DNA from: Auanema rhodensis
Taxonomy: Eukaryota > Animalia > Nematoda
DNA length: 64,000 nt
Reading direction: 5' to 3'
Assembly (NCBI GenBank): GCA_964057225.1
Contig: OZ059898.1
Span: 1,984,001 to 2,048,000, forward strand
The notes beneath the pieces were generated by a model. It did not search any database, had not been told where the DNA came from, and saw nothing but the letters and a program-made list of their open reading frames with translations. The position numbers and the translations under genes are program-made. Shown here piece after piece: positions 1 to 15,000 of the stretch (the stretch's first letter is position 1; each line of letters begins with the position of its first letter).

Positions 1-3000
1 GAAAAAATTTTTGTCAAAATGTTTTTGGAAGCAATGTTGAGTGTACATGGAAACTCAACATACACTAATGCATCATTTTTCAAACGATCATAACTAATTT
101 TTGTATTAAGCGTTTCTCAATGTAGTATAGTGCATTCGATGCGGATTTTTAAGTTGCGTCGATCTGTGTTATCAGATTTGCGCTAGCTTAAAAATGCACC
201 GAGATATTAACTGATATAAGTTCACACTTATATCCTCGATTTTCACCCTGAAGAATTAATTTTTTCGTTGAATAACATTGTCCATCGTCTTTGCCTTGAA
301 AAAAGGAATCTAAAAACATCTACTTTTTGCTAAATTATTTTGAAATTTTTCGAAAAAATTTTTGTCAAAATGTTTTTGGAAGCAATGTTGAGTGTACATG
401 GAAACTCAACATACACTAATGCATCATTTTTCAAACGATCATAACTAATTTTTGTATTAAGCATTTCTCAATGTAGTATAGTGCATTCGATGCGGATTTT
501 TAAGCTGCGTCGATCTGTGTTATCAGATTTGCGCTAGCTTAAAAATGCACCGAGATATCAACTGATATAAGTTCACACTTATATCCTCGATTTTCACCCT
601 GAAGAATTAATTTTTTCGTTGAATAACATTGTCCATCGTCTTTGCCTTGAAAAAAGGAATCTAAAAACATCTACTTTTTGCTAAATTATTTCGAAATTTT
701 TCGAAAAAATTTTTGTCAAAATGTTTTTGGAAGCAATGTTGAGTGTACATGGAAACTCAACATACACTAATGCATCATTTTTCAAACGATCATAACTAAT
801 TTTTGTATTAAGCGTTTCTCAATGTAGTATAGTGCATTCGATGCGGATTTTTAAGCTGCGTCGATCTGTGTTATCAGATTTGCGCTAGCTTAAAAATGCA
901 CCGAGATATCAACTGATATAAGTTCACACTTATATCCTCGATTTTCACCCTGAAGAATTAATTTTTTCGTTGAATAACATTGTCCATCGTCTTTGCCTTG
1001 AAAAAAGGAATCTAAAAACATCTACTTTTTGCTAAATTATTTCGAAATTTTTCGAAAAAATTTTTGTCAAAATGTTTTTGGAAGCAATGTTGAGTGTACA
1101 TGGAAACTCAACATACACTAATGCATCATTTTTCAAACGATCATTACTAATTTTTGTATTAAGCATTTCTCAATGTAGTATAGTGCATTCGATGCGGATT
1201 TTTAAGCTGCGTCGATCTGTGTTATCAGATTTGCGCTAGCTTAAAAATGCACCGAGATATTAACAGTTCACACTTATATCCTCGATTTTCACCCTGAAGA
1301 ATTAATTTTTTCGTTGAATAACATTGTCCATCGTTTTTGCCTTGAAAAAAGGAATCTAAAAACATCTACTTTTTGCTAAATTATTTTGAAATTTTTCGAA
1401 AAAATTTTTGTCAAAATGTTTTTGGAAGCAATGTTGAGTGTACATGGAAACTCAACATACACTAATGCATCATTTTTCAAACGATCATAACTAATTTTTG
1501 TATCAAGCATTTCTCAATGTAGTATAGTGCATTCGATGCGGATTTTTAAGCTGCGTCGATCTGTGTTATCAGATTTGCGCTAGCTTAAAAATGCACCGAG
1601 ATATCAACTGATATAAGTTCACACTTATATCCTCGATTTTCACCCTGAAGAATTAATTTTTTCGTTGAATAACATTGTCCATCGTCTTTGCCTTGAAAAA
1701 AGGAATCTAAAAACATCTACTTTTTGCTAAATTATTTCGAAATTTTTCGAAAAAATTTTTGTCAAAATGTTTTTGGAAGCAATGTTGAGTGTACATGGAA
1801 ACTCAACATACACTAATGCATCATTTTTCAAACGATCATAACTAATTTTTGTATTAAGCGTTTCTCAATGTAGTATAGTGCATTCGATGCGGATTTTTAA
1901 GCTGCGTCGATCTGTGTTATCAGATTTGCGCTAGCTTAAAAATGCACCGAGATATTAACTGGTATAAGTTCACACTTATATCCTCGATTTTCACCCTGAA
2001 GAATTAATTTTTTCGTTGAATAACATTGTCCATCGTTTTTGCCTTGAAAAAAGGAATCTAAAAACATCTACTTTTTGCTAAATTATTTTGAAATTTTTCG
2101 AAAAAATTTTTGTCAAAATGTTTTTGGAAGCAATGTTGAGTGTACATGGAAACTCAACATACACTAATGCATCATTTTTCAAACGATCATAACTAATTTT
2201 TGTATTAAGCGTTTCTCAATGTAGTATAGTGCATTCGATGCGGATTTTTAAGCTGCGTCGATCTGTGTTATCAGATTTGCGCTAGCTTAAAAATGCACCG
2301 AGATATTAACTGATATAAGTTCACACTTATATCCTCGATTTTCACCCTGAAGAATTAATTTTTTCGTTGAATAACATTGTCCATCGTCTTTGCCTTGAAA
2401 AAAGGAATCTAAAAACATCTACTTTTTGCTAAATTATTTTGAAATTTTTCGAAAAAATTTTTGTCAAAATGTTTTTGGAAGCAATGTTGAGTGTACATGG
2501 AAACTCAACATACACTAATGCATCATTTTTCAAACGATCATAACTAATTTTTGTATCAAGCATTTCTCAATGTAGTATAGTGCATTCGATGCGGATTTTT
2601 AAGCTGCGTCGATCTGTGTTATCAGATATGCGCTAGCTTAAAAATGCACCGAGATATCAACTGATATAAGTTCACACATATATCCTCGATTTTCACCCTG
2701 AAGAATTAATTTTTTCGTTGAATAACATTGTCCATCGTCTTTGCCTTGAAAAAAGGAATCTAAAAACATCTACTTTTTGCTAAATTATCTTGAAATTTTT
2801 CGAAAAAATTTTTGTCAAAATGTTTTTGGAAGCAATGTTGAGTGTACATGGAAACTCAACATACACTAATGCATCATTTTTCAAACGATCATAACTAATT
2901 TTTGTATTAAGTGTTTCTCAATGTAGTATAATGCATTCGATGCGGGTTTTAAGCTGCGTCGATCTGTGTTATCAGATTTGCGCTAGCTTAAAAATGCACC

Positions 3001-6000
3001 GAGATATCAACTGATATAAGTTCACACTTATATCCTCGATTTTCACCCTGAAGAATTAATTTTTTCGTTGAATAACATTGTCCATCGTCTTTGCCTTGAA
3101 AAAAGGAATCTAAAAACATCTACTTTTTGCTAAATTATTTTGAAATTTTTCGAAAAAATTTTTGTCAAAATGTTTTTGGAAGCAATGTTGAGTGTACATG
3201 GAAACTCAACATACACTAATGCATCATTTTTCAAACGATCATAACTAATTTTTGTATCAAGCATTTCTCAATGTAGTATAGTGCATTCGATGCGGATTTT
3301 TAAGCTGCGTCGATCTGTGTTATCAGATTTGCGCTAGCTTAAAAATGCACCGAGATATCAACTGATATAAGTTCACACATATATCCTCGATTTTCACCCT
3401 GAAGAATTAATTTTTTCGTTGAATAACATTGTCCATCGTCTTTGCCTTGAAAAAAGGAATCTAAAAACATCTACTTTTTGCTAAATTATCTTGAAATTTT
3501 TCGAAAAAATTTTTGTCAAAATGTTTTTGGAAGCAATGTTGAGTGTACATGGAAACTCAACATACACTAATGCATCATTTTTCAAACGATCATAACTAAT
3601 TTTTGTATTAAGTGTTTCTCAATGTAGTATAATGCATTCGATGCGGGTTTTAAGCTGCGTCGATCTGTGTTATCAGATTTGCGCTAGCTTAAAAATGCAC
3701 CGAGATATCAACTGATATAAGTTCACACTTATATCCTCGATTTTCACCCTGAAGAATTAATTTTTTCGTTGAATAACATTGTCCATCGTCTTTGCCTTGA
3801 AAAAAGGAATCTAAAAACATCTACTTTTTGCTAAATTATTTCGAAATTTTTCGAAAAAATTTTTGTCAAAATGTTTTTGGAAGCAATGTTGAGTGTACAT
3901 GGGAACTCAACATACACTAATGCATCATTTTTCAAACGATCATAACTAATTTTTGTATTAAGTGTTTCTCAATGTAGTATAATGCATTCGATGCGGATTT
4001 TTAAGCTGCGTCGATCTGTGTTATCAGATTTGCGCTAGCTTAAAAATGCACCGAGATATCAACTGATATAAGTTCACACTTATATCCTCGATTTTCACCC
4101 TGAAGAATTAATTTTTTCGTTGAATAACATTGTCCATCGTCTTTGCCTTGAAAAAAGAAATCTAAAAACATCTACTTTTTGCTAAATTATCTTGAAATTT
4201 TTCGAAAAAATTTTTGTCAAAATGTTTTTGGAAGCAATGTTGAGTGTACATGGAAACTCAACATACACTAATGCATCATTTTTCAAACGATCATAACTAA
4301 TTTTTGTATTAAGCATTTCTCAATGTAGTATAGTGCATTCGATGCGGATTTTTAAGCTGCGTCGATCTGTGTTATCAGATTTGCGCTAGCTTAAAAATGC
4401 ACCGAGATATCAACTGATATAAGTTCACACTTATATCCTCGATTTTCACCCTGAAGAATTAATTTTTTCGTTGAATAACATTGTCCATCGTCTTTGCCTT
4501 GAAAAAAGGAATCTAAAAACATCTACTTTTTGCTAAATTATTTCGAAATTTTTCGAAAAAATTTTTGTCAAAATGTTTTTGGAAGCAATGTTGAGTGTAC
4601 ATGGAAACTCAACATACACTAATGCATCATTTTTCAAACGATCATAACTAATTTTTGTATTAAGCGTTTCTCAATGTAGTATAGTGCATTCGATGCGGAT
4701 TTTTAAGTTGCGTCGATCTGTGTTATCAGATTTGCGCTAGCTTAAAAATGCACCGAGATATTAACTGATATAAGTTCACACTTATATCCTCGATTTTCAC
4801 CCTGAAGAATTAATTTTTTCGTTGAATAACATTGTCCATCGTCTTTGCCTTGAAAAAAGGAATCTAAAAACATCTACTTTTTGCTAAATTATTTTGAAAT
4901 TTTTCGAAAAAATTTTTGTCAAAATGTTTTTGGAAGCAATGTTGAGTGTACATGGAAACTCAACATACACTAATGCATCATTTTTCAAACGATCATAACT
5001 AATTTTTGTATTAAGCGTTTCTCAATGTAGTATAGTGCATTCGATGCGGATTTTTAAGCTGCGTCGATCTGTGTTATCAGATTTGCGCTAGCTTAAAAAT
5101 GCACCGAGATATCAACTGATATAAGTTCACACTTATATCCTCGATTTTCACCCTGAAGAATTAATTTTTTCGTTGAATAACATTGTCCATCGTCTTTGCC
5201 TTGAAAAAAGGAATCTAAAAACATCTACTTTTTGCTAAATTATTTCGAAATTTTTCGAAAAAATTTTTGTCAAAATGTTTTTGGAAGCAATGTTGAGTGT
5301 ACATGGAAACTCAACATACACTAATGCATCATTTTTCAAACGATCATAACTAATTTTTGTATTAAGCGTTTCTCAATGTAGTATAGTGCATTCGATGCGG
5401 ATTTTTAAGCTGCGTCGATCTGTGTTATCAGATTTGCGCTAGCTTAAAAATGCACCGAGATATTAACTGATATAAGTTCACACTTATATCCTCGATTTTC
5501 ACCCTGAAGAATTAATTTTTTCGTTGAATAACATTGTCCATCGTCTTTGCTCTGAAAAAAGGAATCTAAAAACATCTACTTTTTGCTAAATTATTTCGAA
5601 ATTTTTCGAAAAAATTTTTGTCAAAATGTTTTTGGAAGCAATGTTGAGTGTACATGGAAACTCAACATACACTAATGCATCATTTTTCAAACGATCATAA
5701 CTAAATTTTGTATTAAGCGTTTCTCAATGTAGTATAGTGCATTCGATGCGGATTTTTAAGCTGCGTCGATCTGTGTTATCAGATTTGCGCTAGCTTAAAA
5801 ATGCACCGAGATATTAACTGGTATAAGTTCACACTTATATCCTCGATTTTCACCCTGAAGAATTAATTTTTTCGTTGAATAACATTGTCCATCGTTTTTG
5901 CCTTGAAAAAAGGAATCTAAAAACATCTACTTTTTGCTAAATTATTTTGAAATTTTTCGAAAAAATTTTTGTCAAAATGTTTTTGGAAGCAATGTTGAGT

Positions 6001-9000
6001 GTACATGGAAACTCAACATACACTAATGCATCATTTTTCAAACGATCATAACTAATTTTTGTATCAAGCATTTCTCAATGTAGTATAGTGCATTCGATGC
6101 GGATTTTTAAGCTGCGTCGATCTGTGTTATCAGATTTGCGCTAGCTTAAAAATGCACCGAGATATCAACTGATATAAGTTCACACTTATATCCTCGATTT
6201 TCACCCTGAAGAATTAATTTTTTCGTTGAATAACATTGTCCATCGTCTTTGCCTTGAAAAAAGGAATCTAAAAACATCTACTTTTTGCTAAATTATTTCG
6301 AAATTTTTCGAAAAAATTTTTGTCAAAATGTTTTTGGAAGCAATGTTGAGTGTACATGGAAACTCAACATACACTAATGCATCATTTTTCAAACGATCAT
6401 AACTAATTTTTGTATTAAGCGTTTCTCAATGTAGTATAGTGCATTCGATGCGGATTTTTAAGCTGCGTCGATCTGTGTTATCAGATTTGCGCTAGCTTAA
6501 AAATGCACCGAGATATTAACTGATATAAGTTCACACTTATATCCTCGATTTTCACCCTGAAGAATTAATTTTTTCGTTGAATAACATTGTCCATCGTCTT
6601 TGCTCTGAAAAAAGGAATCTAAAAACATCTACTTTTTGCTAAATTATTTCGAAATTTTTCGAAAAAATTTTTGTCAAAATGTTTTTGGAAGCAATGTTGA
6701 GTGTACATGGAAACTCAACATACACTAATGCATCATTTTTCAAACGATCATAACTAAATTTTGTATTAAGCGTTTCTCAATGTAGTATAGTGCATTCGAT
6801 GCGGATTTTTAAGCTGCGTCGATCTGTGTTATCAGATTTGCGCTAGCTTAAAAATGCACCGAGATATTAACTGGTATAAGTTCACACTTATATCCTCGAT
6901 TTTCACCCTGAAGAATTAATTTTTTCGTTGAATAACATTGTCCATCGTTTTTGCCTTGAAAAAAGGAATCTAAAAACATCTACTTTTTGCTAAATTATTT
7001 TGAAATTTTTCGAAAAAATTTTTGTCAAAATGTTTTTGGAAGCAATGTTGAGTGTACATGGAAACTCAACATACACTAATGCATCATTTTTCAAACGATC
7101 ATAACTAATTTTTGTATCAAGCATTTCTCAATGTAGTATAGTGCATTCGATGCGGATTTTTAAGCTGCGTCGATCTGTGTTATCAGATTTGCGCTAGCTT
7201 AAAAATGCACCGAGATATCAACTGATATAAGTTCACACTTATATCCTCGATTTTCACCCTGAAGAATTAATTTTTTCGTTGAATAACATTCTCCATCGTC
7301 TTTGCCTTCAAAAAAGAAATCTAAAAACATCTACTTTTTGCTAAATTATTTCGAAATTTTTCGAAAAAATTTTTGTCAAAATGTTTTTGGAAGCAATGTT
7401 GAGTGTACATAGAAACTCAACATACACTAATGCATCATTTTTCAAACGATCATAACTAATTTTTGTATTAAGCGTTTCTCAATGTAGTATAGTGCATTCG
7501 ATGCGGATTTTTAAGTTGCGTCGATCTGTGTTATCAGATTTGCGCTAGCTTAAAAATGCACCGAGATATTAACTGATATAAGTTCACACTTATATCCTCG
7601 ATTTTCACCCTGAAGAATTAATTTTTTCGTTGAATAACATTGTCCATCGTTTTTGCCTTGAAAAAAGGAATCTAAAAACATCTACTTTTTGCTAAATTAT
7701 TTTGAAATTTTTCGAAAAAATTTTTGTCAAAATGTTTTTGGAAGCAATGTTGAGTGTACATGGAAACTCAACATACACTAATGCATCATTTTTCAAACGA
7801 TCATAACTAATTTTTGTATTAAGCGTTTCTCAATGTAGTATAGTGCATTCGATGCGGATTTTTAAGCTGCGTCGATCTGTGTTATCAGATTTGCGCTAGC
7901 TTAAAAATGCACCGAGATATTAACTGATATAAGTTCACACTTATATCCTCGATTTTCACCCTGAAGAATTAATTTTTTCGTTGAATAACATTGTCCATCG
8001 TCTTTGCCTTGAAAAAAGGAATCTAAAAACATCTACTTTTTGCTAAATTATTTTGAAATTTTTCGAAAAAATTTTTGTCAAAATGTTTTTGGAAGCAATG
8101 TTGAGTGTACATGGAAACTCAACATACACTAATGCATCATTTTTCAAACGATCATAACTAATTTTTGTATCAAGCATTTCTCAATGTAGTATAGTGCATT
8201 CGATGCGGATTTTTAAGCTGCGTCGATCTGTGTTATCAGATTTGCGCTAGCTTAAAAATGCACCGAGATATCAACTGATATAAGTTCACACATATATCCT
8301 CGATTTTCACCCTGAAGAATTAATTTTTTCGTTGAATAACATTGTCCATCGTCTTTGCCTTGAAAAAAGGAATCTAAAAACATCTACTTTTTGCTAAATT
8401 ATCTTGAAATTTTTCGAAAAAATTTTTGTCAAAATGTTTTTGGAAGCAATGTTGAGTGTACATGGAAACTCAACATACACTAATGCATCATTTTTCAAAC
8501 GATCATAACTAATTTTTGTATTAAGTGTTTCTCAATGTAGTATAATGCATTCGATGCGGGTTTTAAGCTGCGTCGATCTGTGTTATCAGATTTGCGCTAG
8601 CTTAAAAATGCACCGAGATATCAACTGATATAAGTTCACACTTATATCCTCGATTTTCACCCTGAAGAATTAATTTTTTCGTTGAATAACATTGTCCATC
8701 GTCTTTGCCTTGAAAAAAGGAATCTAAAAACATCTACTTTTTGCTAAATTATTTTGAAATTTTTCGAAAAAATTTTTGTCAAAATGTTTTTGGAAGCAAT
8801 GTTGAGTGTACATGGAAACTCAACATACACTAATGCATCATTTTTCAAACGATCATTACTAATTTTTGTATTAAGCATTTCTCAATGTAGTATAGTGCAT
8901 TCGATGCGGATTTTTAAGCTGCGTCGATCTGTGTTATCAGATTTGCGCTAGCTTAAAAATGCACCGAGATATCAACTGATATAAGTTCACACTTATATCC

Positions 9001-12000
9001 TCGATTTTCACCCTGAAGAATTAATTTTTTCGTTGAATAACATTCTCCATCGTCTTTGCCTTGAAAAAAGGAATCTAAAAACATCTACTTTTTGCTAAAT
9101 TATTTCGAAATTTTTCGAAAAAATTTTTGTCAAAATGTTTTTGGAAGCAATGTTGAGTGTACATAGAAACTCAACATACACTAATGCATCATTTTTCAAA
9201 CGATCATAACTAATTTTTGTATTAAGCGTTTCTCAATGTAGTATAGTGCATTCGATGCGGATTTTTAAGTTGCGTCGATCTGTGTTATCAGATTTGCGCT
9301 AGCTTAAAAATGCACCGAGATATTAACTGATATAAGTTCACACTTATATCCTCGATTTTCACCCTGAAGAATTAATTTTTTCGTTGAATAACATTGTCCA
9401 TCGTCTTTGCCTTGAAAAAAGGAATCTAAAAACATCTACTTTTTGCTAAATTATTTTGAAATTTTTCGAAAAAATTTTTGTCAAAATGTTTTTGGAAGCA
9501 ATGTTGAGTGTACATGGAAACTCAACATACACTAATGCATCATTTTTCAAACGATCATAACTAATTTTTGTATCAAGCATTTCTCAATGTAGTATAGTGC
9601 ATTCGATGCGGATTTTTAAGCTGCGTCGATCTGTGTTATCAGATTTGCGCTAGCTTAAAAATGCACCGAGATATCAACTGATATAAGTTCACACTTATAT
9701 CCTCGATTTTCACCCTGAAGAATTAATTTTTTCGTTGAATAACATTGTCCATCGTCTTTGCCTTGAAAAAAGGAATCTAAAAACATCTACTTTTTGCTAA
9801 ATTATCTTGAAATTTTTCGAAAAAATTTTTGTCAAAATGTTTTTGGAAGCAATGTTGAGTGTACATGGAAACTCAACATACACTAATGCATCATTTTTCA
9901 AACGATCATAACTAATTTTTGTATTAAGTGTTTCTCAATGTAGTATAATGCATTCGATGCGGGTTTTAAGCTGCTTCGATCTGTGTTATCAGATTTGCGC
10001 TAGCTTAAAAATGCACCGAGATATCAACTGATATAAGTTCACACTTATATCCTCGATTTTCACCCTGAAGAATTAATTTTTTCGTTGAATAACATTGTCC
10101 ATCGTCTTTGCCTTGAAAAAAGGAATCTAAAAACATCTACTTTTTGCTAAATTATTTTGAAATTTTTCGAAAAAATTTTTGTCAAAATGTTTTTGGAAGC
10201 AATGTTGAGTGTACATGGAAACTCAACATACACTAATGCATCATTTTTCAAACGATCATTACTAATTTTTGTATTAAGCATTTCTCAATGTAGTATAGTG
10301 CATTCGATGCGGATTTTTAAGCTGCGTCGATCTGTGTTATCAGATTTGCGCTAGCTTAAAAATGCACCGAGATATCAACTGATATAAGTTCACACTTATA
10401 TCCTCGATTTTCACCCTGAAGAATTAATTTTTTCGTTGAATAACATTCTCCATCGTCTTTGCCTTGAAAAAAGGAATCTAAAAACATCTACTTTTTGCTA
10501 AATTATTTCGAAATTTTTCGAAAAAATTTTTGTCAAAATGTTTTTGGAAGCAATGTTGAGTGTACATAGAAACTCAACATACACTAATGCATCATTTTTC
10601 AAACGATCATAACTAATTTTTGTATTAAGCGTTTCTCAATGTAGTATAGTGCATTCGATGCGGATTTTTAAGTTGCGTCGATCTGTGTTATCAGATTTGC
10701 GCTAGCTTAAAAATGCACCGAGATATTAACTGATATAAGTTCACACTTATATCCTCGATTTTCACCCTGAAGAATTAATTTTTTCGTTGAATAACATTCT
10801 CCATCGTCTTTGCCTTGAAAAAAGGAATCTAAAAACATCTACTTTTTGCTAAATTATTTCGAAATTTTTCGAAAAAATTTTTGTCAAAATGTTTTTGGAA
10901 GCAATGTTGAGTGTACATAGAAACTCAACATACACTAATGCATCATTTTTCAAACGATCATAACTAATTTTTGTATTAAGCGTTTCTCAATGTAGTATAG
11001 TGCATTCGATGCGGATTTTTAAGTTGCGTCGATCTGTGTTATCAGATTTGCGCTAGCTTAAAAATGCACCGAGATATTAACTGATATAAGTTCACACTTA
11101 TATCCTCGATTTTCACCCTGAAGAATTAATTTTTTCGTTGAATAACATTGTCCATCGTCTTTGCCTTGAAAAAAGGAATCTAAAAACATCTACTTTTTGC
11201 TAAATTATTTTGAAATTTTTCGAAAAAATTTTTGTCAAAATGTTTTTGGAAGCAATGTTGAGTGTACATGGAAACTCAACATACACTAATGCATCATTTT
11301 TCAAACGATCATAACTAATTTTTGTATCAAGCATTTCTCAATGTAGTATAGTGCATTCGATGCGGATTTTTAAGCTGCGTCGATCTGTGTTATCAGATTT
11401 GCGCTAGCTTAAAAATGCACCGAGATATCAACTGATATAAGTTCACACTTATATCCTCGATTTTCACCCTGAAGAATTAATTTTTTCGTTGAATAACATT
11501 GTCCATCGTCTTTGCCTTGAAAAAAGGAATCTAAAAACATCTACTTTTTGCTAAATTATCTTGAAATTTTTCGAAAAAATTTTTGTCAAAATGTTTTTGG
11601 AAGCAATGTTGAGTGTACATGGAAACTCAACATACACTAATGCATCATTTTTCAAACGATCATAACTAATTTTTGTATTAAGTGTTTCTCAATGTAGTAT
11701 AATGCATTCGATGCGGGTTTTAAGCTGCGTCGATCTGTGTTATCAGATTTGCGCTAGCTTAAAAATGCACCGAGATATCAACTGATATAAGTTCACACTT
11801 ATATCCTCGATTTTCACCCTGAAGAATTAATTTTTTCGTTGAATAACATTGTCCATCGTCTTTGCCTTGAAAAAAGGAATCTAAAAACATCTACTTTTTG
11901 CTAAATTATTTTGAAATTTTTCGAAAAAATTTTTGTCAAAATGTTTTTGGAAGCAATGTTGAGTGTACATGGAAACTCAACATACACTAATGCATCATTT

Positions 12001-15000
12001 TTCAAACGATCATTACTAATTTTTGTAGTAAGCATTTCTCAATGTAGTATAGTGCATTCGATGCGGATTTTTAAGCTGCGTCGATCTGTGTTATCAGATT
12101 TGCGCTAGCTTAAAAATGCACCGAGATATCAACTGATATAAGTTCACACTTATATCCTCGATTTTCACCCTGAAGAATTAATTTTTTCGTTGAATAACAT
12201 TCTCCATCGTCTTTGCCTTGAAAAAAGGAATCTAAAAACATCTACTTTTTGCTAAATTATTTCGAAATTTTTCGAAAAAATTTTTGTCAAAATGTTTTTG
12301 GAAGCAATGTTGAGTGTACATAGAAACTCAACATACACTAATGCATCATTTTTCAAACGATCATAACTAATTTTTGTATTAAGCGTTTCTCAATGTAGTA
12401 TAGTGCATTCGATGCGGATTTTTAAGTTGCGTCGATCTGTGTTATCAGATTTGCGCTAGCTTAAAAATGCACCGAGATATTAACTGATATAAGTTCACAC
12501 TTATATCCTCGATTTTCACCCTGAAGAATTAATTTTTTCGTTGAATAACATTGTCCATCGTCTTTGCCTTGAAAAAAGGAATCTAAAAACATCTACTTTT
12601 TGCTAAATTATTTTGAAATTTTTCGAAAAAATTTTTGTCAAAATGTTTTTGGAAGCAATGTTGAGTGTACATGGAAACTCAACATACACTAATGCATCAT
12701 TTTTCAAACGATCATAACTAATTTTTGTATTAAGCATTTCTCAATGTAGTATAGTGCATTCGATGCGGATTTTTAAGCTGCGTCGATCTGTGTTATCAGA
12801 TTTGCGCTAGCTTAAAAATGCACCGAGATATCAACTGATATAAGTTCACACTTATATCCTCGATTTTCACCCTGAAGAATTAATTTTTTCGTTGAATAAC
12901 ATTGTCCATCGTCTTTGCCTTGAAAAAAGGAATCTAAAAACATCTACTTTTTGCTAAATTATTTCGAAATTTTTCGAAAAAATTTTTGTCAAAATGTTTT
13001 TGGAAGCAATGTTGAGTGTACATGGAAACTCAACATACACTAATGCATCATTTTTCAAACGATCATAACTAATTTTTGTATCAAGCATTTATCAATGTAG
13101 TATAGTGCATTCGATGCGGATTTTTAAGCTGCGTCGATCTGTGTTATCAGATTTGCGCTAGCTTAAAAATGCACCGAGATATCAACTGATATAAGTTCAC
13201 ACTTATATCCTCGATTTTCACCCTGAAGAATTAATTTTTTCGTTGAATAACATTGTCCATCGTCTTTGCCTTGAAAAAAGGAATCTAAAAACATCTACTT
13301 TTTGCTAAATTATCTTGAAATTTTTCGAAAAAATTTTTGTCAAAATGTTTTTGGAAGCAATGTTGAGTGTACATGGAAACTCAACATACACTAATGCATC
13401 ATTTTTCAAACGATCATAACTAATTTTTGTATTAAGTGTTTCTCAATGTAGTATAATGCATTCGATGCGGGTTTTAAGCTGCGTCGATCTGTGTTATCAG
13501 ATTTGCGCTAGCTTAAAAATGCACCGAGATATTAACTGATATAAGTTCACACTTATATCCTCGATTTTCACCCTGAAGAATTAATTTTTTCGTTGAATAA
13601 CATTGTCCATCGTCTTTGCCTTGAAAAAAGGAATCTAAAAACATCTACTTTTTGCTAAATTATTCTGAAATTTTTCGAAAAAATTTTTGTCAAAATGTTT
13701 TTGGAAGCAATGTTGAGTGTACATGGAAACTCAACATACACTAATGCATCATTTTTCAAACGATCATAACTAATTTTTGTATTAAGTGTTTCTCAATGTA
13801 GTATAATGCATTCGATGCGGGTTTTAAGCTGCGTCGATCTGTGTTATCAGATTTGCGCTAGCTTAAAAATGCACCGAGATATCAACTGATATAAGTTCAC
13901 ACTTATATCCTCGATTTTCACCCTGAAGAATTAATTTTTTCGTTGAATAACATTGTCCATCGTCTTTGCCTTGAAAAAAGGAATCTAAAAACATCTACTT
14001 TTTGCTAAATTATTTTGAAATTTTTCGAAAAAATTTTTGTCAAAATGTTTTTGGAAGCAATGTTGAGTGTACATGGAAACTCAACATACACTAATGCATC
14101 ATTTTTCAAACGATCATTACTAATTTTTGTATTAAGCATTTCTCAATGTAGTATAGTGCATTCGATGCGGATTTTTAAGCTGCGTCGATCTGTGTTATCA
14201 GATTTGCGCTAGCTTAAAAATGCACCGAGATATCAACTGATATAAGTTCACACTTATATCCTCGATTTTCACCCTGAAGAATTAATTTTTTCGTTGAATA
14301 ACATTCTCCATCGTCTTTGCCTTGAAATAAGGAATCTAAAAACATCTACTTTTTGCTAAATTATTTCGAAATTTTTCGAAAAAATTTTTGTCAAAATGTT
14401 TTTGGAAGCAATGTTGAGTGTACATAGAAACTCAACATACACTAATGCATCATTTTTCAAACGATCATAACTAATTTTTGTATTAAGCGTTTCTCAATGT
14501 AGTATAGTGCATTCGATGCGGATTTTTAAGTTGCGTCGATCTGTGTTATCAGATTTGCGCTAGCTTAAAAATGCACCGAGATATTAACTGATATAAGTTC
14601 ACACTTATATCCTCGATTTTCACCCTGAAGAATTAATTTTTTCGTTGAATAACATTGTCCATCGTCTTTGCCTTGAAAAAAGGAATCTAAAAACATCTAC
14701 TTTTTGCTAAATTATTTTGAAATTTTTCGAAAAAATTTTTGTCAAAATGTTTTTGGAAGCAATGTTGAGTGTACATGGAAACTCAACATACACTAATGCA
14801 TCATTTTTCAAACGATCATAACTAATTTTTGTATTAAGCATTTCTCAATGTAGTATAGTGCATTCGATGCGGATTTTTAAGCTGCGTCGATCTGTGTTAT
14901 CAGATTTGCGCTAGCTTAAAAATGCACCGAGATATTAACTGATATAAGTTCACACTTATATCCTCGATTTTCACCCTGAAGAATTAATTTTTTCGTTGAA

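Noticed and set aside
8754-14212. Four 65-aa + strand ORFs (MKFFEKIF...)
   Set aside because: They are satellite monomers in which a TAA>TTA variant removes a stop. They start at TTG and have no recognisable domain.
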